From: Candidatus Latescibacterota bacterium
GTDB taxonomy: Bacteria; Latescibacterota; UBA2968; SICM01
Length of the DNA: 64,000 nucleotides
Reading direction: 5' to 3'
NCBI GenBank assembly: GCA_965217865.1
Contig: CBDCJO010000001.1
Location: forward strand, 576,001 to 640,000
Part shown: in pieces, positions 63,419-64,000 of the stretch
How the letters are laid out: each line of letters starts with the position of its first letter
Numbering within the stretch: the first letter of the stretch is position 1
Made by a program: the position numbers and the translations under genes
Notes under the pieces: generated by a model
What the model saw: only the letters and a program-made list of their open reading frames with translations
What the model was told of the DNA's origin: nothing
The model's database searches: none

Positions 63419-64000
63419 ATCGCCCGCCGCTTGGGCCAGGGTCCAGGAGGCCGTGTCCCGTCCACTCGTCTCCCGGTTCTTTATCTCGTGTGCAATCACA
63501 GCCATGCCAATCCCTGCGCCGTCCCATGGGGGACACACCGAATATAGTGCACGGATATACATCTGTCAACCACAAGTCAGTTCGAGCCCATGCGAAACCG
63601 CCCGTTTCCATAGGGCGGTTTGGGTCGAGCACTGGCAGCCGGTTTGCGCTTTTGTTCTATGCAAACCGGATGACAGGCGCAGCCGTGGGCACTTTGTTAG
63701 GCGTCTGCATTGTTTTTGTAAAACTCCAAAGCCAAGCGGAGCCGATCATGGTGTCCCTTATTCTGGTGTTAGTTAGTTTGGAGCGAGTCAAATATCATAT
63801 CGTAAATCCAGCACCCCTTTTGGTAGGCCAGGCTCAGGAAATCTTTCGTATCCTTCACATCAGAGTGGGTAACTGACACCTCCAAAAGCAACGGCCCAGG
63901 AAAAGGCGTGCGCCGCAACTCCTCTGAAAGGGATATCCAATCGATGAACCCGCTGCCAGGAATGAGATGATCTACATGTTTCCGAATGCGGTCCGATAGG

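Overview
Bacterial DNA (about 55-60% GC, estimated by eye) in three parts. (1) 1-30.4 kb is a heavily scrambled accessory/defence region. It holds a ubiquitination-like (Bub-type) operon: multi-ubiquitin Ubl, E2-like/ThiF fusion and DUF6527 intact, plus a decayed second Ubl gene. A divergent XRE-HTH + ImmA/IrrE (CapH/CapP-like) pair sits next to it. The region also has two interleaved orphan CRISPR remnants with different repeats, a cryptic JAB-peptidase gene broken by a 7-bp duplication, two diverged copies of a lipoprotein cassette, full-length IS630, IS3 (two inverted copies) and IS1380 elements, and dozens of 0.1-1 kb gene fragments. (2) 30.6-44.05 kb is an ordinary metabolic block (aldolase, D-aminoacylase, oxidoreductases, MetE-like, pterin-binding methyltransferase, 2-hydroxyacid dehydrogenase, FGE-sulfatase) with many REP-like and tandem repeats, ending in tRNA-Asn(GTT). 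(3) 44.05-64 kb is a second island downstream of the tRNA. It carries an IS256 remnant, an outer-membrane beta-barrel, a Phd antitoxin, an hsdR fragment, a truncated Avs2 STAND NTPase, and an intact co-oriented block of TIR protein, type III-like Res, Mod, DUF5131 radical-SAM and TcmP. All family calls come from recognising motifs by eye; no database search was run.
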